This document shows positions 17,877 to 26,687 of a stretch of 27,680 nucleotides of DNA, in pieces. The notes beneath the pieces are model-generated. The model was given only the letters and a program-made list of their open reading frames with translations, was not told the origin of the DNA and did not search any database. Positions within the stretch are counted from its first letter, which is position 1. Each line of letters opens with the position of its first letter. The position numbers and the translations under genes are program-made. Origin of the DNA: a virus (Duplodnaviria > Heunggongvirae > Uroviricota > Caudoviricetes); the IMG/VR virus record IMGVR_UViG_2585427778_000003; one strand, 5' to 3'.

Positions 17877-18019
17877 ATTGCCTCCGTTCATGCTGCGGTT
17901 TTCAGTATCGCCAATAAAATTAACCGCCGCATTCACTTCATTTCGGATATAGGCTATTAGCCGAACACATCAGAAATAAAGCGGGATTTAATATACAAAC
18001 GCCCGTGCATAATGTGTGC
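17877..18019. promoter_or_regulatory. Divergent late promoter region between O (leftward) and P (rightward), expected Ogr-dependent
   Basis: Intergenic gap between divergently oriented late operons, as in P2; I could not pin down the TGT-N12-ACA activator site by eye. Confidence 0.4.
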
Positions 18020-19801
18020 ATGGCTAAATATTCAGAAGAATTAAAAGGCGTTGCGCGGGCGCTTTATTTAAAACGCTATACCCCGCAGGAAATTGCCAGC
18101 GAACTTAATCTGCCTAACAGACGCATTGTCTATTACTGGGCGGAGAAATATTGCTGGGCGGAATTACTCAGTCATGAATCCACCGAAGATGCATTAAACC
18201 GTCGCATTCAGTCACTGACATTACGTGAAGGGAAATCGGAGCTGGAGCTGCGGGAGCTGGACAGTCTCGTTTCTCACCTGGTGAAACTACGTGCACAGCA
18301 CAATAAGCATCAGGAAAAGCTGGCAGAAATTAAACACAGTGAAAATGATGCGCCGGCGCGTCAGTCCGGTGGCGACGAAAAGCCCCGGAAACGTGGCAAG
18401 TACAAAAAGAACGACATCAGCGGACTGACACAGGAAGATTTTGACCGGTTCGCGCTGGAGCACCTTTTCGGTTACCAGAAACACCTTCGCGCTAATCTTC
18501 ATCAGCAAATCAGGAACATCCTGAAAAGCCGCCAGATTGGTGCAACCTGGTATTTCTCAATAGAAGCCTTTGAGAATGCGGTCATGACAGGCGATCCGCA
18601 AATCTTCCTGTCCGCATCAAAGGCTCAGGCGGAAGTATTCCGCAGCTATATCGTCAACATTGCGGAGCAGTATTTCGGCGTGGAGCTGACGGGAAACCCC
18701 ATCCGCCTCTCCAACGGCGCGGAGATGCGATTCCTGTCCACCAACAAGAACACCGCCCAGTCATACAGCGGCCATCTGTACTGCGATGAATATTTCTGGG
18801 TACCCAACTTTGCAAAATTAAACGAAGTGGCCAGCGCGATGGCCACACACGACAAATGGCGAACCACCTACTTTTCCACCCCCAGCAGCAAAACGCACCA
18901 GGCGTACCCGTTCTGGACTGGTGAAGAATGGAAGCGCGGTGACAAAAAACGCGCGCGCGTACAATTTCCCACGGAGAAGGAGCTGCGCGACGGTGGACGG
19001 TTATGTCCTGATGGGCAGTGGCGCTACATCATCACAATGGAAGACGCGATCGCAGGCGGGTTTAATCTCGCCAGCATCGGGAAGCTGCGCAACCGCTACA
19101 ACCGCGACACTTTCAACATGCTGTATATGTGCGTGTTCGTGGACAGCAAGGACAGCGTATTTTCGTTCTCTCACGTAGAACGCTGCTGTGTAGATCCGGA
19201 TATCTGGGAGGATCATGACGAAAACCTGCCCCGGCCGTTCGGCAACCGTGAAGTGTGGGCGGGTTATGACCCGGCTCGCAGCGGAGACACCTCCACCTTC
19301 GTGATCATCGCGCCGCCGATAGTGGCCGGCGAAAAATTTCGGGTACTGCGTGTATTCCACTGGCAGGGGATGAACTGGAAGTGGCAGGCGGCACAGATTA
19401 AGAAGCTGTTTGGCCAGTACAACATGACCTACATCGGCATTGATATCACTGGACTGGGTAGCGGTGTCTTTGAAGACGTTCAGCACTTTGCCATGCGTCA
19501 GGCAGTGGCGATCCGCTACGGCGTCGAGACCAAAAATCGTCTGGTGATGAAGATGATCGACGTTATCGAAGACGGCCGCGTGGAATGGGATAAGGAGAAG
19601 ACCGAAATCGCCGCCAGCTTTATGACCATCCGCCGTACGTCCACGGCCAGCGGCAACGCAATGACTTTCGTCGCCGATCGCACAGCAGAAACAGGACACG
19701 CAGACAGTTTCTGGGCTATCGCCCATGCCATTGACAACGAGCCATTAAACTTTGAAAACCAGCGAAAATCACGCTGGGGTAACTTAGGGAAAGCAGCATG
19801 A
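18020..19801 (+). CDS. P: Terminase ATPase (large) subunit, gpP, about 593 aa
   Basis: P2 gpP-like length and position; stop overlaps Q start (ATGA at 19798-19801); ORF-track start 18005 is GTG, ATG at 18020 preferred. Confidence 0.9.
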   Translation: MAKYSEELKGVARALYLKRYTPQEIASELNLPNRRIVYYWAEKYCWAELLSHESTEDALNRRIQSLTLREGKSELELRELDSLVSHLVKLRAQHNKHQEKLAEIKHSENDAPARQSGGDEKPRKRGKYKKNDISGLTQEDFDRFALEHLFGYQKHLRANLHQQIRNILKSRQIGATWYFSIEAFENAVMTGDPQIFLSASKAQAEVFRSYIVNIAEQYFGVELTGNPIRLSNGAEMRFLSTNKNTAQSYSGHLYCDEYFWVPNFAKLNEVASAMATHDKWRTTYFSTPSSKTHQAYPFWTGEEWKRGDKKRARVQFPTEKELRDGGRLCPDGQWRYIITMEDAIAGGFNLASIGKLRNRYNRDTFNMLYMCVFVDSKDSVFSFSHVERCCVDPDIWEDHDENLPRPFGNREVWAGYDPARSGDTSTFVIIAPPIVAGEKFRVLRVFHWQGMNWKWQAAQIKKLFGQYNMTYIGIDITGLGSGVFEDVQHFAMRQAVAIRYGVETKNRLVMKMIDVIEDGRVEWDKEKTEIAASFMTIRRTSTASGNAMTFVADRTAETGHADSFWAIAHAIDNEPLNFENQRKSRWGNLGKAA

Positions 19802-20817
19802 AAAAACGGAAATACAGGGAACGCCGCACCGCCAGCAAGCCGCGCCATATGAGCCTTATTACCCTGGGTAAACCGGAACCCATTCTGACGACCGGCACAA
19901 ACTACACAGACGTCTGGTATGACAATGAAGCGGAACACTGGACGCTCCCGATTGACCGGCTGGCGCTGGCGCAACTGGTGAACCTGAACGCGCAGCACGG
20001 CGGTGTGCTGTATGCCCGTCGCAATATGGTGACGGCAAACTATAAAGACGGCGGACTGACGCATGAACAGCTTGGTGCAGCCGTGTTCGACTGGCTGACC
20101 TTCGGTGATGTGGCCATTCTGAAAGTGCGTAACGGCTGGGGGGATGTGGTGGCACTGTACCCGCTGCCGGCACTCTATACCCGCCAGCGTAAGACCGGGG
20201 AGTTTGTGGTACTGCAGCAGGGTGAACCGATGATTTATCCGCCTGAAGATATTATTTTTCTCAGGCAGTACGATCCGCAACAGGCGATTTATGGTCTGCC
20301 GGATTATATCAGCGGTATCCATTCTGCCCTGCTTAACGGTGAGGCAACAATTTTTCGTCGGCGTTACTACCATAACGGCGGACACACAGGTGGCATGATC
20401 TACTGTAACGACCCAAATATGACTGATGAAGTGGAAGAAGAAATTATTCAGAAGCTGGAGCAGTCAAAGGGGATCGGGAACTTCAGCACCATGTTTGTGA
20501 ACATCCCCAAAGGCGATCCGGACGGCATCAAATTTATCCCGATTGGGGATATCAGCGCCAAAGATGAGTTTCAGAACATCAAGAGCATCAGCGCCCAGGA
20601 CGTACTGACCGCGCATCGATTCCCGGCAGGACTGGCGGGGATTATCCCGACGAACGGCGCAGTAATGGGAGATGTTGAGAAAGCGTCCAAAACCTACCGC
20701 AAAGCAGAAATTTTGCCCATTCAGCGCATGTTTACCGCCGCAGTGGAACAGGAAAGTGATGTACCGCCCCACCTGTACCTTAATTTCCTGAAAGACAGTG
20801 AGCTGGAAGGTGATTAA
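19798..20817 (+). CDS. Q: Portal protein, gpQ, 339 aa
   Basis: Size as P2 gpQ (344 aa); second gene of P-Q operon; SD GGGAAAG upstream. Confidence 0.85.
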   Translation: MKKRKYRERRTASKPRHMSLITLGKPEPILTTGTNYTDVWYDNEAEHWTLPIDRLALAQLVNLNAQHGGVLYARRNMVTANYKDGGLTHEQLGAAVFDWLTFGDVAILKVRNGWGDVVALYPLPALYTRQRKTGEFVVLQQGEPMIYPPEDIIFLRQYDPQQAIYGLPDYISGIHSALLNGEATIFRRRYYHNGGHTGGMIYCNDPNMTDEVEEEIIQKLEQSKGIGNFSTMFVNIPKGDPDGIKFIPIGDISAKDEFQNIKSISAQDVLTAHRFPAGLAGIIPTNGAVMGDVEKASKTYRKAEILPIQRMFTAAVEQESDVPPHLYLNFLKDSELEGD

Positions 20818-20870
20818 TGTTCGCAAAAAGGCTAAAATATCATCGTTTTCCAACTTCCGGAGCGATGGAT

Positions 20871-21146
20871 ATGCGGGTAATGAAGGTTTACTGTCCGGTA
20901 TGTGAGGCAAGGGCTGTTATCAAAAAAACAGCCCGAAAACACAAGGAACTGTCGGATTTATATTGCGCGTGTACCGATGTTGAATGTGGTCACACTTTTG
21001 TGATGAATATGACATTCTCACATACCATCAGCCCCAGCGCCAAATCCAGCGATGCGTTGATCGCCACTATCTGTAACAGCCTTGATATCCAGCAAAAGCA
21101 GCTGATGTTAAAGTTTCTGAGTCAGGACGGCACTGCTGCCGCATAG
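20871..21146 (+). CDS. ogr: Ogr/Delta-family zinc-finger late transcription activator
   Basis: CPVC ... CACTDVECGHTF resembles P2 Ogr CPLC ... CQNVNCSATF; start uncertain (ATG 20871 with GGAG 8 nt upstream; ORF open from 20817). Confidence 0.75.
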   Translation: MRVMKVYCPVCEARAVIKKTARKHKELSDLYCACTDVECGHTFVMNMTFSHTISPSAKSSDALIATICNSLDIQQKQLMLKFLSQDGTAAA

Positions 21147-21151
21147 AAAAA

Positions 21152-21178
21152 AGCACCGCTACCGGTGCTTTTATTTTC
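21152..21178 (+). terminator. Rho-independent terminator after ogr (stem AGCACCG / CGGTGCT, loop CTAC, then TTTTATTTT); A-run upstream makes it potentially bidirectional
   Basis: Read directly from sequence at 21152-21178. Confidence 0.6.
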
Positions 21179-21285
21179 TGAGATGTAACAGATTCCCATC
21201 TATCAACGTCGATGAATGACCAAGTGATTAATAGTCCCCCCCTCCTAAACATGATATTATCTTTCCAAATTTTGGGAGGCATCTT

Positions 21286-22005
21286 ATGTTAATAGTCTCA
21301 GTTCTTAAATGTAGTAAAGAGTTTACCCCTAAACACGCCCAATGGCTTCATCGTCAGTTCAAAGATATTCCATCTATATGTTTAACCGATGCAGATAATA
21401 TTCCTGGAGTTAACACAACCCCTTTGCTTTATAACTGGCCGGGATGGTGGTCTAAAATTGAACTATTTAATCCTAATCACCCAGTCCTTGGAGACCAAGA
21501 TTTACTCTATTTTGACGTAGATGTTGTGGTCACGGGAGATATTCATATTTTCGAAGGTGCGAAGAAATTTACAATGCTTCGGGAGTTTAACCATGCCTCA
21601 AGAGTAAACTCATCAATAATGATGATTCCGGCGTCGATTAAAAAGACGATTTGGGAACAATTCATTATTGATCCTGAGAAAATTATGCGCAATTGTCAGA
21701 CTGAAGACAAATGGGGTGATCAGGGATTTCTCGGTAGCATCATAAAACCAGCCCTATGGCAGGATATCATTCCTGGCTCAATTGTTAGTTATAAATGTGA
21801 CATCGCCACCCCCTCGATGATTGGCTTCAATGCAAATTTAGCCTCTGAGGCTGCGACAGGGAAAGTCCCTGATAATGTGGCGGTTGTTTGCTTTCATGGC
21901 AGTCCACGCCCCTGGCGTACTGGTTTTGATTGGGTTCCTTCGTTTTCCCTGCGGGATACTCTGTACGGTAAATTAAAGAACTTTAAAATAAGAATGAAGC
22001 AATAA
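21286..22005 (+). CDS. Soluble GT8-like (glycogenin/LgtC/WaaJ-type) nucleotide-sugar glycosyltransferase, 239 aa; AT-rich moron
   Basis: Strong SD GGGAGG 21274-21279; DxD-type FDVDVVV, GDQGFL and C-terminal FHGSPRPW (HxxGxxKPW-like); no TM or signal peptide; codon usage visibly AT-richer than flanking genes. Confidence 0.6.
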   Translation: MLIVSVLKCSKEFTPKHAQWLHRQFKDIPSICLTDADNIPGVNTTPLLYNWPGWWSKIELFNPNHPVLGDQDLLYFDVDVVVTGDIHIFEGAKKFTMLREFNHASRVNSSIMMIPASIKKTIWEQFIIDPEKIMRNCQTEDKWGDQGFLGSIIKPALWQDIIPGSIVSYKCDIATPSMIGFNANLASEAATGKVPDNVAVVCFHGSPRPWRTGFDWVPSFSLRDTLYGKLKNFKIRMKQ

Positions 22006-22073
22006 AGATAACGCCCCTATTGCTTCAATGTTCGCTCCTTCCCCTAACAATAAAGTTAGGCACTAGTGAACCG

Positions 22074-24731
22074 TTACTTTTCCCGGCCAAATATCCAGCA
22101 GCGGAATGTTTCCGGCATCCGTTGCATATCCCCTTTACCACGATTATGGCGCTCACTTACCGCGCTGCGCGTGGTGCTTTGTCTGATAAACCGGCGCTCA
22201 TTGCCGTTTTTAAGCAGCTTTTTAATTTCCGTTAACGTGAACGGAATACGCTGCCGGTGTGCTGCGGCGACCTCTTCCATGTGATTGAAATTAACCGCGA
22301 TTTCATTTTCATCTGATGAATGATTGATGCCATAAGGTGCCAGTTCATCCAAGTAATCAAACAGCTCCCAGAACTCCTGCACCAGAGGATGATCCTTTTT
22401 AAGTGCCTGACAACGTTCAACGGCCAGCGCGGTGATGGCTTCACGCGTTTTTTCTATACGTTCAACCGGCACCGGTACAACAAGTGCAAGCGCCTCCAGC
22501 AAGCCCACAAGCTGCGCGTGATTCTTTGCAATACGGATATGGCGAATACTGCTATTAGACTCCAGCTCATTCCTAGCTCGCTCGTACCCCCTGCCGAACG
22601 TCTGCATGATTTCTTTTTCGCGCATGGTGGCCAGTAATGTGAATCCGGATACCTGGCTAACGGGGAGTTGTTCAAGTCGTTCTGCAGCGTGGCGCGTCTG
22701 AATGGACTGGCCGCGCTTGTCGGTATAGATGTGGATGATACGCTCCAGAAACGCCTTGCTGCCGTCTGTGTCGGCATTTTGCGCTATCACAATACTTCCC
22801 CTGAACGGCGGCTCATACGTCTCGTTATTGTTCGATTTGATACCCACGGCGCGGGAGGCACGACCGTTATACAGTGATTTCAGCTCGTCCCAGTCAAAAG
22901 CGCGTTGCTTGGCGTTATCGGTAGTACGGTCGCCCTCAATCAGCACAACCGGCAGATTACCGACCTGGGCGAAGTTACGGCCACGCGCGGCGGCGGTAGA
23001 TTTAGATGGGTCAAACCCTTCGTATTCCTCACGGCCGGCGAGCTTCCAGAGAAATTCTATCAGCGTGGATTTACCTGTCCCCGGCTCGCCCACGATTTCC
23101 AGAAACGGAAATGACTTGTCACGCTCGCGGATTTGTTCGGCAAACAGCGACCCCAGCCAGAACGCCAGCGCCACATACCCTTTTTCACCAAATGCCGTCC
23201 AGATATCGTCTACCCAACCCGTAGTAAACTCGTTCAGCTTCGGATTCAGATCCAGCGCCGGCGTGAGGCTCAGGCTCTTAACGCTGGCACTGTTGATTTC
23301 GAAGTAATCCTCGTCGTTCATCTCATACAGCCGGCCATCGCAAACGGCCACGCGGTTAAACAACCAGGCGGCATAATCCTTGTTATAGCCGATGAAATTC
23401 TGCGTCTTTACCTCTTTGATTTCAGGGAGGCGCATCTGGATGAACTTATCCAGCTGTTTGGTGCTGCCTGTGTACACCGCCCCTTTGGCGATGTGCAGCA
23501 GACGCTTTTTGAACTCGGCGGAGCTGGTGAGCTGATTAGCCGTGAAAGTATCTTTCACGGCTGGCCGGTTAGGCATACTGACTTTCACGTAATACCAGGA
23601 CTCGTCCGTAGGTTCAGACCGCTGAAAGTAAAGCGGCGTCAGCCAGCAGTTAGCTATTTCGGTCACGCCGCCTGACTCTTTAACCGCCCGTTCTTTGGCC
23701 TCCCACTCCATCACCACTTCGGTACCGGTATTGGTGATGCGCTCATAGGCTCGCATATACCTGTCCAGATCCAGCTCAAACCAGTACATGCGGGAGTTAT
23801 GCTCAAAGTAGAACGAGTGCCACTCGTTATGCTGATGCATGAGCAGCGCTTTCTCAGTCGGGCTTTTTGCCAGAAGGAGATCGCCATAGTAGCGATAATT
23901 TTTAATGTCCGACTTACTGAACCGGTTACGTAACAACAGGTCATTCCAGTCCAGCGATGCCGATGATTTCACCGGCTGCGCGGCACGAGTTTTCCATCCT
24001 GCAGCATCACTACGGGCAGCGAACGCCAGTGTGTGCTTTGTGCCGGCTTTATCGCCGTCAAACGCCCATACAAGACGTGGACGTGGTTTTTCACCCAGTT
24101 CTTTGGCCAGCGTATCCAGTGCGGCCAGCGGATAGTTGTTACTGCTCAGTGTGGCAACTGCAGGTAACCCTGCCTGGCACAGACTCAGCGCGTTGAAGAT
24201 TCCCTCAGTGATCCAGATTTCGTTCACTTCCTGCAGGTTGATAAAGGGAGGAACCCACCAGTGACCGACATAGCTTCCCCTGATGTTGGCTTTCTGCTTA
24301 CCGAAGCGCTGCGGCTGGTCAATGATGCGCTCCCATGTTGCACCGCATGACAGCGAAAATCTGACCGTTGCCGACCCCATGCCATCTTTCACGAATGCAC
24401 CCTGGGTAAAACAGCCTTTTAATGGCTCAGTCTCCAGCCCTCTGGCCTCGCGCAGATACGCCTCAGCTACTGCATGGGGGTTATCTTCTGTGGTCTGGTA
24501 ACGTTTTGACCAGTCTTCAAAGATATCCGGATACAGCTCTTTCACGACAATCTGATGTGCGCAGTTATTTTCACGGCCACATTTCAGAATCCAGGGCTTT
24601 TCTATGCTGGTAAATAATTCGCGCTTACGACAGGCAGGGCAAACGCCCTGCTGCAAATACTTATCCCGCTCTTTAAATTCAAAGTCCCGAACAAGACGGC
24701 GCACAACGTCCTGTTGTATCGTTTCGTTCAT
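22074..24731 (-). CDS. Replication primase-helicase, P4 alpha / HP1 Rep-like, 885 aa
   Basis: N-terminal zinc ribbon (CPACRK...CGRENNCAH), central primase region, Walker A GEPGTGKST and Walker B-like VLIEGD in C-terminal helicase part. Confidence 0.8.
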   Translation of the reverse strand: MNETIQQDVVRRLVRDFEFKERDKYLQQGVCPACRKRELFTSIEKPWILKCGRENNCAHQIVVKELYPDIFEDWSKRYQTTEDNPHAVAEAYLREARGLETEPLKGCFTQGAFVKDGMGSATVRFSLSCGATWERIIDQPQRFGKQKANIRGSYVGHWWVPPFINLQEVNEIWITEGIFNALSLCQAGLPAVATLSSNNYPLAALDTLAKELGEKPRPRLVWAFDGDKAGTKHTLAFAARSDAAGWKTRAAQPVKSSASLDWNDLLLRNRFSKSDIKNYRYYGDLLLAKSPTEKALLMHQHNEWHSFYFEHNSRMYWFELDLDRYMRAYERITNTGTEVVMEWEAKERAVKESGGVTEIANCWLTPLYFQRSEPTDESWYYVKVSMPNRPAVKDTFTANQLTSSAEFKKRLLHIAKGAVYTGSTKQLDKFIQMRLPEIKEVKTQNFIGYNKDYAAWLFNRVAVCDGRLYEMNDEDYFEINSASVKSLSLTPALDLNPKLNEFTTGWVDDIWTAFGEKGYVALAFWLGSLFAEQIRERDKSFPFLEIVGEPGTGKSTLIEFLWKLAGREEYEGFDPSKSTAAARGRNFAQVGNLPVVLIEGDRTTDNAKQRAFDWDELKSLYNGRASRAVGIKSNNNETYEPPFRGSIVIAQNADTDGSKAFLERIIHIYTDKRGQSIQTRHAAERLEQLPVSQVSGFTLLATMREKEIMQTFGRGYERARNELESNSSIRHIRIAKNHAQLVGLLEALALVVPVPVERIEKTREAITALAVERCQALKKDHPLVQEFWELFDYLDELAPYGINHSSDENEIAVNFNHMEEVAAAHRQRIPFTLTEIKKLLKNGNERRFIRQSTTRSAVSERHNRGKGDMQRMPETFRCWIFGREK

Positions 24732-24990
24732 AAATAATCCAGATGTGAATAATGGGTAAAAGGCAAAAACTATATTCTGTACTGCTTGTTATATCGCTCA
24801 TGTGTCATTAGTTCCCAGCTTCTGCCCTTATCCTTACTCAGTAATCGTCAGCGATAAGAAACATGAACAGAGAAATAATGTTTTGGCTTAATAACCTGAT
24901 ATACCTTTTTGCCGTTGTAATATTCTGTCAGCACTGAAAATGCCTTGTGAATGACACTTTCACTTGCATGAGAGGTCACTGTAAGCATCG

Positions 24991-25560
24991 TTATTTCACA
25001 CTGGCTATTTTTACAAGATACATCCAGACATAAGAAACAACTTTAGCCTGATGAATGGCATCATATAAAGCGTGATGTTTAACACCATCAAACTTAATAA
25101 TATTACGAACATTCAGCCCAAGTGTTTTTGACAGTTCAACAACCGTTCTTACATCACGGTCATTCCAGTAGTACCAAAGTGGATCGGCAAACCCGCATTT
25201 CTCTGATGCATTACGTAAAATAACATTGTCGAACGCTGCACTATTCCCCCATACCTGTACTTTAGATGGGTCAGAATGCTCAGTAATAAAAGCTTCCAGA
25301 TTAGCTAACGTCAGAGGCAAGTCCAGACAATCGTCATTAAGCAGCTCGCTACGCGCTTCGGCATCCTGACGCATCCACCATAATACGGTTTCTGACCCCA
25401 TAGTGAGACCGTGGCCTACACAGCTGCCCAGGCTGACACGTTGATAAAACTGTTCACCCATTTCGCCAGTTTCAGGGTCAAAGAATACAGCACCGATAGA
25501 AGCAATCGCAGAAGTCGGTTTATTATCCATTGTTTCAAGATCAATCATTAAATGTTTCAT
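24991..25560 (-). CDS. DEDDh (DnaQ-like) 3'-5' exonuclease, 189 aa
   Basis: Exo I DLETMD, Exo II FDNVIL, Exo III H-x4-D in KHHALYDA; SD AAGGAA upstream. Confidence 0.75.
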   Translation of the reverse strand: MKHLMIDLETMDNKPTSAIASIGAVFFDPETGEMGEQFYQRVSLGSCVGHGLTMGSETVLWWMRQDAEARSELLNDDCLDLPLTLANLEAFITEHSDPSKVQVWGNSAAFDNVILRNASEKCGFADPLWYYWNDRDVRTVVELSKTLGLNVRNIIKFDGVKHHALYDAIHQAKVVSYVWMYLVKIASVK

Positions 25561-25569
25561 ATCGGTTCC

Positions 25570-25905
25570 TTAACGTTGGGAAGCTGCAACAGATTTAAGA
25601 TGCGAGTTATTACTTTTTAACGCTGTGGTAGCCAGCGACATAAGACCGGAAATGTTATTTTCAGTTGGTATATTTCCGCCAAATACCATAAGCGTGATTT
25701 TGTGCAGTTCTTCAAAATCATCACTATCATTATTAAAGCGAGCAGTGGAGGTTATACCCTCAAGGCATTTTGCAAGCTGAATGTTTAATTCCATTAACTG
25801 CAAGCCATCGCTATGTACAGAGAATGTTTCTTTATCAATGGTTTTTGCCTGAGCGTGATAGTTTTGCAACAGACTACGAATCAGCGTGGCATATTTAGTC
25901 TTCAT
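25570..25905 (-). CDS. Hypothetical early protein, about 111 aa, AT-rich
   Basis: ATG at 25903-25905 preceded by GGGGA; ORF-track start 25917 is TTG; occupies the cox-proximal slot where P2 has gene B, but no similarity recognised. Confidence 0.45.
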   Translation of the reverse strand: MKTKYATLIRSLLQNYHAQAKTIDKETFSVHSDGLQLMELNIQLAKCLEGITSTARFNNDSDDFEELHKITLMVFGGNIPTENNISGLMSLATTALKSNNSHLKSVAASQR

Positions 25906-25931
25906 GATAATCCCCAATAATATTTAGTTTA

Positions 25932-26213
25932 CTAACGAGCACTTTTATCTTTCGTGAATAAACGGTTCTTCCAGTCATGCCATTCAGGCGGGGCAATTTG
26001 AGCCAAATGAATGGCATAAGCATCCCATTCCCCCCGATGGATATAGATTTCTCCACCTTTTTTTGATGGATTTAGAGGGTCTTTCATGCGGATTACCGGC
26101 AGTTTTCCAGCCGTGGCCATTTTGCGAATTGCAGCAGGCGTTTTGCCTATATATTCGGCAAAAAGCTCAGGGGTCACCAACTCTGAAAGCGCCTTTTCTG
26201 CTGGTTCCTTCAT
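25932..26213 (-). CDS. cox: Cox (excisionase and repressor of Pc), 93 aa
   Basis: FAEYIGKTPAAIRKMATAGKLPVIRMKDP aligns with remembered P2 Cox FAKLIGKSTGAVRRMIDKGKLPVIDMTDP; SD AAGGA upstream. Confidence 0.8.
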   Translation of the reverse strand: MKEPAEKALSELVTPELFAEYIGKTPAAIRKMATAGKLPVIRMKDPLNPSKKGGEIYIHRGEWDAYAIHLAQIAPPEWHDWKNRLFTKDKSAR

Positions 26214-26321
26214 CTGTGGTATCCTTCGTTAGTTTGGGTTCCTAGGGCGCTTTAAGTCGTTCTAGGGTTCTTTTGTCAAGGTTCTTTTGTAAGAACCAAT
26301 AATAGTTGCGATACAAGAACC
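26214..26321. promoter_or_regulatory. Immunity switch region between cox and C with direct repeats (GGTTCTTTTGT at 26266-26276 and 26280-26290; related GGGTTCC, AAGAACC copies)
   Basis: Direct repeats read from sequence; P2 C repressor is known to bind direct-repeat operators in the Pe/Pc region. Confidence 0.5.
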
Positions 26322-26621
26322 ATGCCAAGAAATTATGCGGAGAAACTCCGGCAGATCCGGAAAGCTGAAGGGTTAACTCAAAAAGATTTTTCAGAGCTTA
26401 CTGGGGTAGCTCTTGGAACAATAAAAAAGTACGAAACTGGCCATCAGCCAGCTCGTGCAGAAGTCTTAGAAAGTGTTATAGAGGTACATATGTTTGAAAA
26501 ATATACACTCTGGTTAATGACAGATAAGACGGCACCAATTGCGGGGCAGGTGTCCCCGTCTCTCTCCCCTGATGGGCAAGACAACATAACATCATCCCGT
26601 TCCACCCGGAAAATTGGCTAA
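26322..26621 (+). CDS. C: Immunity repressor C, 99 aa
   Basis: LTGV..GT...YE.G and FEKYTLWLMTDK.AP..GQ..P resemble remembered P2 C (FTKYTLWFMTNQIAPESGQIAP); same length. Confidence 0.85.
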   Translation: MPRNYAEKLRQIRKAEGLTQKDFSELTGVALGTIKKYETGHQPARAEVLESVIEVHMFEKYTLWLMTDKTAPIAGQVSPSLSPDGQDNITSSRSTRKIG

Positions 26622-26687
26622 ACATCTGGTTTTTCTATGCGTTAGCGCAAAATTTACATAATGATTCATACATCGGAGGGCTTCGCT

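Noticed and set aside
22038-22061. Hairpin CCTAAC-AATAAA-GTTAGG between the convergent glycosyltransferase and primase-helicase genes as a terminator
   Set aside because: Stem is only 6 bp and there is no U-tract on either strand; too weak to call.
20817-22073. cos site (P2-type 19-nt cohesive end) expected downstream of the portal gene
   Set aside because: I could not find a sequence resembling the P2 cohesive end by eye in 21147..21285 or 22006..22073; cos remains unlocated rather than absent.
24845-24988. 47-aa small ORF starting 2 nt after the exonuclease stop (MLTVTSHASE...)
   Set aside because: No recognisable ribosome-binding site, AT-rich intergenic region where short ORFs arise by chance; kept only as a possibility.
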